This document shows, one piece after another, positions 27,717 to 36,950 of a stretch of DNA of 57,659 nt. The stretch lies in NCBI GenBank assembly GCA_045114235.1, contig JBGUKB010000140.1:1-57659 (forward strand), read 5' to 3'. The DNA is from Victivallales bacterium (lineage in GTDB: Bacteria > Verrucomicrobiota > Lentisphaeria > Victivallales > UBA1829). The notes beneath the pieces were generated by a model that saw nothing but the letters and a program-made list of their open reading frames with translations, made no database searches and was not told where the DNA came from. Each line of letters begins with the position of its first letter. Position 1 is the first letter of the stretch. The translations under genes and the position numbers were made by a program.

Positions 27717-27947
27717 TCAGCAGGCTTTCTGGACTTTTCCGCTCCGGATGCAAGCCGTGCAGACTTTTTTCCGGACGGTGTTGCCGTTCTCGACCACGCG
27801 GATGGTCTGGATGTTCGGCGTGAAGGTGCGGGTGGTGTTTTTCACGACGTGCATACCGATACCGCCTTTTTTCTTGGCGAGACCACGGCGGATGATGTGT
27901 CCGCCCTGGACTTTGTGCTTTCCGCAGATTTCGCAAACGTTGCTCAT
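27717..27947 (-). CDS. rpmB: 50S ribosomal protein L28 (PVC type, CxxC/CxxC form)
   Basis: MSNVCEICGK...RRGLAKKKGGIG...RTFTPNIQ...VCTACIRSG; GGAGGA RBS. Confidence 0.97.
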   Translation of the reverse strand: MSNVCEICGKHKVQGGHIIRRGLAKKKGGIGMHVVKNTTRTFTPNIQTIRVVENGNTVRKKVCTACIRSGKVQKAC

Positions 27948-28009
27948 GATGGGTTCCTCCGAGCTATATTGAGTATTGTTTGTATGATTTTTCGATAAAC
28001 GCAAAATAT

Positions 28010-28037
28010 AATATACACCAAAAACCGTTTCTTTCAA
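28010..28037 (-). promoter_or_regulatory. Sigma70-type promoter for rpmB
   Basis: TTGAAA-16nt-TATATT. Confidence 0.55.
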
Positions 28038-28156
28038 GCCGCTTTCGCGTTTTTTTCACGCTTTCGCCTGATTTTCGGAGGAAGACAGGCCCTCCGCTAC
28101 GCGAAAGCAAACGTGCCGGGGCGTAAGCCCGGCACTGTATCAGCACACGAAGTGTG

Positions 28157-31100
28157 TCATCCCTTCGGACGGAACCCGAAGAAGCACATCAGACGGCGTC
28201 CGATGGTCGCCTTCGGCAGCGCGGTGTCATAGACGAACTTATAGAACAGCGCGGGGATCAGGTAGACGGTCAGGACGGAGGCGAATGCCAGGCCGCCGAC
28301 CACGCCGAGGCCGCAGCTGGACCGGAGTTCGGAGCCGAGGCCGCGTCCGAACGCCATCGGCAGCATGCCGGCGACGCTCGCGATGGAGGTCATCACAACG
28401 GGGCGGAACTTGTTCTTCGCGGCCTGCGTCATGGCTTCGTGCGAGGTCACGCCGGAGAGCGCCAGCATGCGCGTCTCGTCCAGGATCAGGATGGCGTTGT
28501 TCACCACGATGCCGATCATCATGACGGCGCCGAGCAGGCCGACCATGGAGAGCGAGGAATGCGCGAGGAAGATGATGAGGAAGAGCCCGACGAACCCGAG
28601 CGGCACGGTGAACATGATGAGGATCGGGCGCGTCCAGGATTCGAGCAGGGCGGCGATCAGCAGGTAGGTCATGATGATGGCGATGGCGAAGACCGAGACG
28701 AACTCGTTCGCGCCGTCGCGCATCATTTCCGCCTGCCCGAAGAACTTCAGTTCGTATCCCTGGTCCAGCTGCGGCGCGAGCTTGCGTTCCAGCAGGCGCA
28801 TGATGTCGTCTATGGTATAGCCGCGGGCCGGGTTCGCGTAGATCCAGCCGCCGCGCATCTTGTCCTCGCGCATCAGGGCGATGGACACCGGGTCGGCTTC
28901 GAGCGATGCCACCACGTCCAGGTCGATGGGCTTGCCGTTGACGGACCCGGCGACGATGTTCGCGGCCTGGTCGAAACCGGGGACGTCCTCGGTCTTCACG
29001 CGGATGTCGTAGCTGCGGCCGCCGACCTTGAACGTGCCGGACTCGATGCCTTCGTAGTAGCCGACCAGCGAGGTGCCGAGCGTGGCGGCGTCCACGCCGA
29101 GATCCTTGATGACCGTGCGGTTCGGCTTCAGCACGATGCGCGGCTTGCGCGTGCGGACGCTGGTGTCGATGTCCTGCGCCATACCGGATTCGCGCAGGAT
29201 CTTCGCGCCGAGCAGGGCGTATTCTTCAAGCTTGTCGAAATCGTCGCCGGAGACGAACGCCGTCATGTCCACACCGGACACGCCGGTCGCCTTCGGAAGC
29301 GTCAGAGAGTACAGCACGTTTTCGTATTTGTCCAAAATGGCGTGCAGCTGCGCCGTAAGCACGTTCATCGGCTCGCGTTCGCTCTTCGGCTTGCCGATGA
29401 TCGCGATCTCCGCCAGATGGACGCCCTCCGGCACCTGGCCGGGCATCACGTTGCGGTAGCCCACGGTCGCGCCGGTCTTCACCACCCACGGCAGCGCGCG
29501 GACTTCCTCCATGATCTCCATGGTGCGGGCGCGCGTTTGGTCGAGGCTGTAGTTGGCGGGGAATTCGAGTTCGATGGAGACCTCGCCCTTGTCGTTGTCC
29601 GGGATGAACGACATGCTCACGTTCGGCAGGACCATGCGCATGATGAGGAAGCATCCGGCGAAGATCAGGATAATCACGATGCCGCTGAAACGGCGGATCA
29701 CGCCGAGCGTGTACCCGTAGGCGGCACAGATCGCGTCGTAGACCTTGTCCCACAGCCAGAACAGCGCCTTCTGCCACGCCCGCGGTCCGGTGGAGTCCTT
29801 CAGCAAGATGGACGCCAGAAGCGGGGTCAGCGTGAAGCTCACGAACAGCGAAACGACCGTGGCGATGACCATCACGCCGGCGAACGGCGCGATCAGGAGG
29901 CCGACGACCGATTTCATCAGCGCGACGGGCACGAACACCACGATGTTCGTCAGCGCGGACGCCGCCACGGCCACGAGCACTTGGTCCGCGCCCTTGGAAG
30001 CGGCCTCGGCGGGAGGCAGCCCTTCGTGCTGTTTCCTGATGATGTTTTCGATCACCACCACCGAGTTCGCCACGAGGATGCCGGCGGAACATCCGATCGA
30101 CACGAGCGTCATCATGTCGAACGTGTAGTGCATCAGGTCCATGGCGGCGAACGTGATCACGACCGAGACCGGCATGGTGATGGAGATGATGAGCGTGGGG
30201 CGCACCTCGTGCAGGAAGAGGAAGATCAGGACGGCGGTCAGCAGGATGCCCAGCAGGACGCTCTGCCACGAATCCGCCACGGACGCCCGGATGAAACTTC
30301 CGGTGTCCTTGAACCACGTGAGGTGCATTCCGCCCGGGAGCGCGCCGCCCCGGTTCAGCGAGTCGTATTTCCTGCGGATGCCGTCGATGACCTTCACGGC
30401 GTTGGCGTCGCTGCGCTTGACGATCTCAAGGCAGATGCCGAGCTCGTCGCCGTAGTAGCCCTCCTGGCGGATCTCCTTCGAAATGAGCTGGACGTCCGCG
30501 ATGTCGCCGAGGTAGACGCGTTTCCCCGCCTGCGACCCGACCTCGAGGCTCTTCACGTCCTCGACGTCCCGGAACTCGGCGTTGTAGGTGAGGCTGATCT
30601 CGCGGCCCCCTTCGCGGACGCGTCCGACCGGGAGCTTCACGTTGTTCTTCGCGACGCGCTGGAGCACTTCGGCGACCGTGAGGTTGGCGGCGGCCATCTT
30701 TTCGCGGTTCAGGATGATGTGCAGCTGGACCTCGTTGCCGCCGTGGATGCGGACCGCGCCGACGCCGGGAATCGAGGAGAACTGGTCTGACAGCTTGTCG
30801 TCCACGTAGTCGTACATCTCGTCGAGCGTGCGCGTGCCGGTGAGGAAGAGCGTGACGACCGGGATGGCGTTGATGTTGATCTTGCTGAGCTGCGGGGTCT
30901 CGACGCCGGACGGGAAATCGTCCGTGATCGTGTTGATCTTCTCGCGGACCTGGTGGATCATGATGTCGACGTCGGTGCCCAGCTCGAACTCAAGCGTGAG
31001 CGCGGCGGCGTTCTCCATGCAGACGGTCGTGATATGCTTCAGGCCCTCGATCGAGGCGATCGCGTCCTCGATGCGGCGCGCCACGTCCACCTCGATCTCC

Positions 31101-31270
31101 TCGGGCGACGCGCCGGGATAGATGGCCGTGACCTGCACATACGGCACGTCGAACTTCGGCAGCAGGTCGATGCCGATCTTCCGGTAGGCGAAAACACCGA
31201 GGATGACCAGCATCAGGATGACGCAGGTCATGGCGACCTTCCGGCGGATGGAAAGCTGGCTGAGTGTCAT
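28157..31270 (-). CDS. RND efflux transporter permease (HAE1-like)
   Basis: YPGASPEEIE, GIVVNNAIL, FRPVVMTS, GGL motifs; 1037 aa. Confidence 0.96.
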   Translation of the reverse strand: MTLSQLSIRRKVAMTCVILMLVILGVFAYRKIGIDLLPKFDVPYVQVTAIYPGASPEEIEVDVARRIEDAIASIEGLKHITTVCMENAAALTLEFELGTDVDIMIHQVREKINTITDDFPSGVETPQLSKININAIPVVTLFLTGTRTLDEMYDYVDDKLSDQFSSIPGVGAVRIHGGNEVQLHIILNREKMAAANLTVAEVLQRVAKNNVKLPVGRVREGGREISLTYNAEFRDVEDVKSLEVGSQAGKRVYLGDIADVQLISKEIRQEGYYGDELGICLEIVKRSDANAVKVIDGIRRKYDSLNRGGALPGGMHLTWFKDTGSFIRASVADSWQSVLLGILLTAVLIFLFLHEVRPTLIISITMPVSVVITFAAMDLMHYTFDMMTLVSIGCSAGILVANSVVVIENIIRKQHEGLPPAEAASKGADQVLVAVAASALTNIVVFVPVALMKSVVGLLIAPFAGVMVIATVVSLFVSFTLTPLLASILLKDSTGPRAWQKALFWLWDKVYDAICAAYGYTLGVIRRFSGIVIILIFAGCFLIMRMVLPNVSMSFIPDNDKGEVSIELEFPANYSLDQTRARTMEIMEEVRALPWVVKTGATVGYRNVMPGQVPEGVHLAEIAIIGKPKSEREPMNVLTAQLHAILDKYENVLYSLTLPKATGVSGVDMTAFVSGDDFDKLEEYALLGAKILRESGMAQDIDTSVRTRKPRIVLKPNRTVIKDLGVDAATLGTSLVGYYEGIESGTFKVGGRSYDIRVKTEDVPGFDQAANIVAGSVNGKPIDLDVVASLEADPVSIALMREDKMRGGWIYANPARGYTIDDIMRLLERKLAPQLDQGYELKFFGQAEMMRDGANEFVSVFAIAIIMTYLLIAALLESWTRPILIMFTVPLGFVGLFLIIFLAHSSLSMVGLLGAVMMIGIVVNNAILILDETRMLALSGVTSHEAMTQAAKNKFRPVVMTSIASVAGMLPMAFGRGLGSELRSSCGLGVVGGLAFASVLTVYLIPALFYKFVYDTALPKATIGRRLMCFFGFRPKG

Positions 31271-31286
31271 GGGACGGCCTCCGCGC

Positions 31287-32450
31287 TCAAATCGCGCCCG
31301 TGACGTTCACTTCGGAGCCGTCGTTGACGAAATACTGGCCGGAGACGATGAGGTCCCTGCCCGCGACCGCGCCGGGATTCAGGATCTCGGTGAACCCGTC
31401 GGACGTGATGCCGGTCTCCACCTCGATCTCCTGTGCCCTGCCGTCCTGCACGGCGAAGACCGCGCTTTTGCCGCCCTTCTTCAGGATCACGGCGTCGCGC
31501 GGCACGCCCATGCCGTCGCGCTCGGCGAGCGTGATGTCCACGTCCACGAGCATGCCGTCCAGGAGCGGCGTCCCCTCCGGGAGATAGGAGCGCATCGTGA
31601 ACGTGCGGCTGAGCGGGTCGATGACGGGACTGCACCAGTCGGCCTTCGCCTCGATCTTCCTGTCATGGAAGCTCACGGTGATCGGAGTCACGCCCGGCTT
31701 GACCGCCTCGAAATACACGGCGCTGATGAGGCAGGCGGCGCGGAGCTTCTTCGGGTCGTTGATGCGGATCACGCTCACGCCCTTGCTGACGAATTCGCCG
31801 TTCTCATGGAATTTGGCCGCGACCACGCCGTCGTAGGGAGCCTTTTCCGTGGCGTCGCTGAGGTCCTTTTTCGCGATCTCGAGCTCGAGCGCAACCAGGT
31901 CGACTTTCGCCGCGGCGTTGCGGAGCGCGGCCTCGGCCTTTTCATAGGTCTTCTTCGCCTTGTCGAGCGCGACCTCGAACGTCTCGAACGTGTTGTCGGA
32001 CACGGAGTGCTGCTCATGGAGCATGCGGTTGCGGTCAAAGTCCTTCTGCGCCTTTTCCTGCTGGGTCTCCGCGATCCCGATGTCCAGCTGCGCCGAACGG
32101 TGCGACTCCTCGACCACCTTCAGCGCCTGTTCCGCCATCGCCACATGGTTTTTCAAATTGTCCTGGTCGATCAGAAACAGGGTCTGCCCTTCCTTGATCG
32201 CGTCGCCGTCGTCGACCTTCAGCTCCATATTCCCGATCGCGCGTGCGGCGACATTCGTGAAGATATACGCCTGGATCGTGCCCTGCACGCGGATCTGCTT
32301 GCGGAAATGACGCGGCTGCGCCTGCGCGGTCTGGACTTTGACCTTGTAGACGGTCTCCGCCTGCGCACCGGCGTTCTGCCCGGACTTGGAGCAGGCGGCG
32401 AGGCAGAGAAACCCCGCGGCAAAGAGGAGGAAGGAAGAAGGATGTTTCAT
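31287..32450 (-). CDS. RND periplasmic adaptor (MFP) lipoprotein
   Basis: Lipobox LAAC; APYDGVV, IDPLSRTF, VPRDAV, GDLIVSGQ-like motifs. Confidence 0.94.
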   Translation of the reverse strand: MKHPSSFLLFAAGFLCLAACSKSGQNAGAQAETVYKVKVQTAQAQPRHFRKQIRVQGTIQAYIFTNVAARAIGNMELKVDDGDAIKEGQTLFLIDQDNLKNHVAMAEQALKVVEESHRSAQLDIGIAETQQEKAQKDFDRNRMLHEQHSVSDNTFETFEVALDKAKKTYEKAEAALRNAAAKVDLVALELEIAKKDLSDATEKAPYDGVVAAKFHENGEFVSKGVSVIRINDPKKLRAACLISAVYFEAVKPGVTPITVSFHDRKIEAKADWCSPVIDPLSRTFTMRSYLPEGTPLLDGMLVDVDITLAERDGMGVPRDAVILKKGGKSAVFAVQDGRAQEIEVETGITSDGFTEILNPGAVAGRDLIVSGQYFVNDGSEVNVTGAI

Positions 32451-32521
32451 GATCGCCTCATCGTTTCAAAATAGGATGCAATCTAATGATTTCAGTTTTC
32501 AAAAACACTTACCTGCTAATC

Positions 32522-32550
32522 AATATAGCACCTTATCAGCTCAAAGTCAA
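32522..32550 (-). promoter_or_regulatory. Sigma70-type promoter for the RND operon
   Basis: TTGACT-17nt-TATATT with extended -10 TG. Confidence 0.65.
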
Positions 32551-32572
32551 ACGGAAAACCGAATTTTGGCGC

Positions 32573-32610
32573 AAAAAAACCGCCGTCCTGTTCGGACCGG
32601 CGGGAAAAAA
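32573..32610 (-). terminator. Intrinsic terminator after the lexA-like gene
   Basis: CCGCCGTCC/GGACCGGCGG hairpin followed by T7 on minus strand. Confidence 0.7.
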
Positions 32611-32650
32611 GACGGGAGGAAGAAAGACGGGGCGGGGAAAGGCGATCGCG

Positions 32651-33235
32651 TCAGGCCTTGGCGATCCTGCGCTGGAGCCCCACGACAACGCCCTTGAACT
32701 GGGGTGTGCCGGACGGCGTGCCGTTGATGACGGCGTCCTTCGCCTGCTTCAGGATCTCGCGTCCGTTTTCCTCTGCCACGACGATGTCCTCGCTCCCGAC
32801 TCGTTCCGGGTTGCTCTTCACGATCAGGATGTCGCCGTCGAAGATGCCGCTGCCGTTCAGGTCCGAGCCGTGCACGTGGACGGCGTACAGGTCCTCCTTC
32901 GCCGGACTGTCCAGCAGACGCGCCACATCGCAGACCAGCGTCCTGTCGCCGGGATCCGCCGCCGTCGCCTCGCCGATGGCGTGGAACGGGATGGACTGGA
33001 TGCCGGCGGGGAAACGTGTGCGCTTCTTCGGATGGGACAGACTGATGCTGCGCGCCTTCGAGCTGCGCGTGAGGTAGTTTTTCTTCTGCAGGGCCCGGAT
33101 GTGGGCAAAGACGGTCGAGGTCTTGATGTGGAAGTGCTCGGCGATCTCGTAGATGGTCGGCGCCATTTCCTGCGTGGTCATGAATTCGTTGATGAACTCG
33201 ATGATGTTTTTCTGTTTCTGGGTCAGGCCTTTCAT
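32651..33235 (-). CDS. LexA-like repressor (wHTH plus degenerate S24 domain)
   Basis: LTQKQKNIIEFI...PTIYEIAEHF...HIRALQKKNYL...ARSI; GIFDGDILIV; GVVVGLQR. GGAGG RBS. Confidence 0.9.
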   Translation of the reverse strand: MKGLTQKQKNIIEFINEFMTTQEMAPTIYEIAEHFHIKTSTVFAHIRALQKKNYLTRSSKARSISLSHPKKRTRFPAGIQSIPFHAIGEATAADPGDRTLVCDVARLLDSPAKEDLYAVHVHGSDLNGSGIFDGDILIVKSNPERVGSEDIVVAEENGREILKQAKDAVINGTPSGTPQFKGVVVGLQRRIAKA

Positions 33236-33320
33236 AGATGGATTCCCTCCTGTTTGATTTGGTCCGGGCGCTCCCGTTCCGCACCCCCTGCGGCGGAGTT
33301 CATGCGCCCGGTTTCCGTTT

Positions 33321-33349
33321 ACTATAATTGCCTGCGCAGGTTTTTCCAG
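33321..33349 (-). promoter_or_regulatory. Putative lexA-like promoter containing palindrome CCTGCGCAGG
   Basis: CTGGAA-17nt-TATAGT; perfect 10-bp palindrome at 33331-33340 within the spacer. Confidence 0.45.
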
Positions 33350-33439
33350 CGGTATTTCCTGCGCGGCATACACTTTCTCCTGAAAAAACGCAAGAAAACC
33401 CGGCATGGTCAAATTTGCTGTACAAGTTTTTCCGTGCGC

Positions 33440-33468
33440 TTGACAAATCCGCGCGGGCGTGCTATACT
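33440..33468 (+). promoter_or_regulatory. Near-consensus sigma70 promoter for the FGE/M6 gene
   Basis: TTGACA-17nt-TATACT with extended -10 TG. Confidence 0.75.
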
Positions 33469-33524
33469 ATTGTTTAATCTCCGAAATACTCCGTTTTTCC
33501 CGATCCTCAGAAAGCTTTTTCCTC

Positions 33525-35870
33525 ATGACGATACATACCCGCCCGACCGAATTCCGTTCCGCCCTGCTCTCCTGCCTCCTCTGCGCCGCGGCGTTCCTGA
33601 ACGCCTCCTGCGCGTCCGCCATCACGCCGATCTACGAACACAAGGACGGCTCCCTGCCCTCCATTCGATTCATGCTCCCCGGCGAGATCCCGCTCGAGCT
33701 CGTCACGCTGCCCGCCGGGTCCATCGCAATGCAGGTGAACCGCAAGCCGGCGGCAAATGAAACAGTCGACAAGAACGGGCGCGTGGTGTACAAGTTCAAG
33801 GAGAACGAATTGTCCATCGGGAAATTCGAGGTAACGCAGGCGCAGTGGCAGGCCGTCATGAAGACCACGCAGAAACAGCTTTCCGAGGCGGCGCGTCCGG
33901 GCGGAAAACAGTACAGCGTCGGTCCGAATCTCCCGGTGTACGACGTTTCGGCGGAACAGGCGAAGGAATTCTGCGCCCGCCTGAACAAGTCGCTGCCGAG
34001 CTCGTTCCGCTACCGGTTCACGCTCCCGAACGAGGCCGAGTGGGAATACGCGTGCCGCGCCGGAACGACGACCGAACTCAACAGCGGACGCGACCTGCGA
34101 GCACGCAATAACGTTTCCATGGCGCTCGCGGAAGTCGCCTGGTACCGAGGCAACGCCTTCAACCCCGAACCATCCGTGTCCGAAGCCGGGCGGAAAGCGC
34201 CCAACGCCTGGGGGCTCTATGACATGCACGGGAACGTGCAGGAACTCTGCCTCGACTGGTTCATGCGCGACTTCACCGCCGCGTACAAGGGCGACCTCTG
34301 CGCCATGCGCGGCGGCTCCTGGCACTGTTCGCCGGAAGACTGCACCGTGACCGCGTGCAGGCCCGTCGACGCCTCGGTCCCGGTGTTCGACGCCGGATTC
34401 CGCCTCGCGCTGAAACCCGCCGCGAACATCCCGAAAACACCTCAGCAATACGCGCAGACGCCGCTTCATCAGGACCATATCACCGGGCTCGTCGTCCTCG
34501 TGAAGTTCCCGGACGACCCGGAGAACGTGATCATCCCGAAGGAAAAGGTCGAGTTCTTCCTGAACGAGAAGAACTACCGCGGATACGGCAACTCCTGCAG
34601 CATCCATGATTTCGTCGACAACCAGTCCTTCGGCAGGTGCGACCTCAAATACAAGGTATCCGACTACGTCGTGGCGGACCACGAACGCGACTACTACCAG
34701 AAGGCGCTGAACTACCGCGGCGCGGACATGCTCATCAAGGAGGCGATGGCGAAGCTCCCGAAGGATTTCGACCTCTCGACCATCTCGAGGGAGCCGGACG
34801 GCACCATCCGTTCCGCCTGCGTGCTCTACTCGCGCAACAGCTCGTTCGACGGCCTCTGGCCGCAGGCGCACTGGTTTACGCCGATGGACCAGATCCGCCT
34901 GCCCGGCGGACTTCACAGCATGCAGGTGCTGATCTGCGGCATCCAGGACAGCCCCACGGTCAGCATCCTGATCCACGAGATCATGCACCAGACGTTCGAC
35001 ATTCTGGACTACGTCGACTACGGCGAAAAGAGCGACAAGACGCCGAAGAACGAGCAGAAGGTCTCTCACGGCCTCGGCAACCACTGCATCATGGGCATCG
35101 GCATGTACGACCGCATCTCCGGGCTCCAGACCAACCCGACCGCCCTCGCCGGCCCCTTCCGTTACCGCCTCGGCTGGCTGAAGGCGCTCCCGCTCCCGTC
35201 GAAGGGCAAGGTCCGCATCCCAGCCTCCAGCGAGTACGGCTACATCTACCGCAATCCCGCCAACCCGGACGAGTATTTCCTCCTCGAAAACCGCAACGCC
35301 GACACGTCGTTCTACCGCGCGCTCCCCTCGCACGGGCTCGCCATCTGGCACGTCGACGACGCCGTGACCGACATGGAGGAGGACGAGGAGATGACGCTCG
35401 AAAAGCATTACGAGATCTCGCTCGAACAGGCCGGCGGCGAACCGCTCCTCGAAAAGCCCTGCCCCGGCACCTTCGGCCACCAGACGCACGGCAGGGACTG
35501 CAACGGCATCGCCACAGATTATTTCTATCCGCCGGACCGCGTCGTCTTCAACGATACCTCGAAGCCGGACAGCCTCTGGTGGGACGGCACCCCCTCCGGG
35601 CTCGACATCTCCAACATCGAAGTCGACGGCCGCGACCTCATCCTCACCATCGGCCCCGATCCGAAGAACCCGAGACCGCGCACGCAGGCCCAGCCGCAAA
35701 CTCAGGCGCAACAACAGTCTCAGCAGCAAACGCAAAATCAGCCTCAGAATCCGCTCCGTTCAGGCCGCCGCACAGGCCAGCAGCCCGCGCAGGGACAGGG
35801 ATTCGGTCCCGGCCGCAACAACGGCAGGATGCCCGGCTTCGGCGGCCGCAACACCGGCACCCGCCAGTAA
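33525..35870 (+). CDS. Secreted fusion: FGE-sulfatase (SUMF1) domain, M6-family metalloprotease, Gln/Gly-rich tail
   Basis: FEVTQAQW, LPNEAEWEYACRAG, NAWGLYDMHGNV, RGGSW, GFRLA; then VLVKFPD, HEIMH, CIMG Met-turn, LGWL, EYFLLENR, GLAIWHVD. Confidence 0.9.
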   Translation: MTIHTRPTEFRSALLSCLLCAAAFLNASCASAITPIYEHKDGSLPSIRFMLPGEIPLELVTLPAGSIAMQVNRKPAANETVDKNGRVVYKFKENELSIGKFEVTQAQWQAVMKTTQKQLSEAARPGGKQYSVGPNLPVYDVSAEQAKEFCARLNKSLPSSFRYRFTLPNEAEWEYACRAGTTTELNSGRDLRARNNVSMALAEVAWYRGNAFNPEPSVSEAGRKAPNAWGLYDMHGNVQELCLDWFMRDFTAAYKGDLCAMRGGSWHCSPEDCTVTACRPVDASVPVFDAGFRLALKPAANIPKTPQQYAQTPLHQDHITGLVVLVKFPDDPENVIIPKEKVEFFLNEKNYRGYGNSCSIHDFVDNQSFGRCDLKYKVSDYVVADHERDYYQKALNYRGADMLIKEAMAKLPKDFDLSTISREPDGTIRSACVLYSRNSSFDGLWPQAHWFTPMDQIRLPGGLHSMQVLICGIQDSPTVSILIHEIMHQTFDILDYVDYGEKSDKTPKNEQKVSHGLGNHCIMGIGMYDRISGLQTNPTALAGPFRYRLGWLKALPLPSKGKVRIPASSEYGYIYRNPANPDEYFLLENRNADTSFYRALPSHGLAIWHVDDAVTDMEEDEEMTLEKHYEISLEQAGGEPLLEKPCPGTFGHQTHGRDCNGIATDYFYPPDRVVFNDTSKPDSLWWDGTPSGLDISNIEVDGRDLILTIGPDPKNPRPRTQAQPQTQAQQQSQQQTQNQPQNPLRSGRRTGQQPAQGQGFGPGRNNGRMPGFGGRNTGTRQ

Positions 35871-35892
35871 ACGACGAAGTGTTTTTTCCGGC

Positions 35893-35921
35893 TTGCATTA
35901 TCGCGCAAGCAGGTGTATCTT
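35893..35921 (+). promoter_or_regulatory. Putative fic promoter overlapped by an inverted repeat
   Basis: TTGCAT-17nt-TATCTT; GCTTGC-N8-GCAAGC at 35891-35910. Confidence 0.5.
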
Positions 35922-35960
35922 TATAACGAAATAAGAGGCATTTTCAATGAGGCGGACAAT

Positions 35961-36869
35961 ATGAGCGAGAAAAAAGTTTCCGTACGTTTTTACAACGACC
36001 GCGAAGTCCGCGCGATCTGGGACGATGAAAACGATAAGTGGTGGTTTTCTGTCGTGGACATTGTTGCCGCCCTGAATTTGAGCTCCGATCCCGCGAATTA
36101 CTGGTATGTCCTGAAAAGCCGCCTCAAGAAGACCGGAAACCAAACCCTTACAAAATGTAAGGGGTTGAGGCTGATTTCTGCTGACGGCAGGCAGCGTAAG
36201 ACAGACTGTCTGGACAGCGCCGGAATCATTGAACTCGTCAAGAGTTTTCCCAATGCAAGGGCATCGTCTTTTCTGGATTGGTTCCTTTACAGCGACAACA
36301 CCATCGACGGGCAAAGCAAGAAAAAAGCATATGACCTCTTTGAAAGCGGGTTGCTGGCTGCTTTGGAACCCGGAACGGTGGAATGCCTCCAGCAGATTCA
36401 TGCTTATCTGTTCGGCGGACTGTATGACTTTGCAGGAAAGATCAGGGAAAAGAATATCAGCAAGGGAGGCTTTCTCTTTGCCAACGCCAATTATTTCAGT
36501 ACGATCCTCCCCGCGATCGAGCGGATGCCGGAAACCACATTCGGCGAAATCATCGACAAATACGTTGAAATGAACATAGCGCATCCGTTTCTGGAGGGAA
36601 ATGGACGCAGCACGCGAATCTGGCTTGACCTGATGTTGAAGCGGACACTGAAGAGATGTGTTGACTGGAGCCGGGTCGGCAAGAAGCAGTATCTCGACGC
36701 CATGGAACAAAGTCCTTCGGATAATGCTCCCATAAAAGCTCTGCTGTTTGCAGCATTGACGGATAAAATCAACAACCGTGAAATGTTCATGAAAGGGATT
36801 GATTACTCCTACTACTACGAAAGTGATGATTCCAGCATGGAACCAAGTAGAGTCAGGAAGAATGAATAA
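35961..36869 (+). CDS. BRO-N-like domain plus Fic (AMPylase) protein
   Basis: VRAIWD...WWFSVVDIV...YW N-terminus; [12 protein letters not shown]ic motif; C-terminal SYYYES. Confidence 0.93.
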   Translation: MSEKKVSVRFYNDREVRAIWDDENDKWWFSVVDIVAALNLSSDPANYWYVLKSRLKKTGNQTLTKCKGLRLISADGRQRKTDCLDSAGIIELVKSFPNARASSFLDWFLYSDNTIDGQSKKKAYDLFESGLLAALEPGTVECLQQIHAYLFGGLYDFAGKIREKNISKGGFLFANANYFSTILPAIERMPETTFGEIIDKYVEMNIAHPFLEGNGRSTRIWLDLMLKRTLKRCVDWSRVGKKQYLDAMEQSPSDNAPIKALLFAALTDKINNREMFMKGIDYSYYYESDDSSMEPSRVRKNE

Positions 36870-36950
36870 GACAGGAACCAACCGGTTAGTCTCACTACCC
36901 AGTTGCGCCTCTTTAACACACAAAACCATTTTCGAAAGGAACGACTGAAA

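Noticed and set aside
34290..34420. FGE-domain C-terminus as a DGR variable region
   Set aside because: No template repeat copy or reverse transcriptase in the window, and the domain is internal; a remote DGR cannot be excluded.
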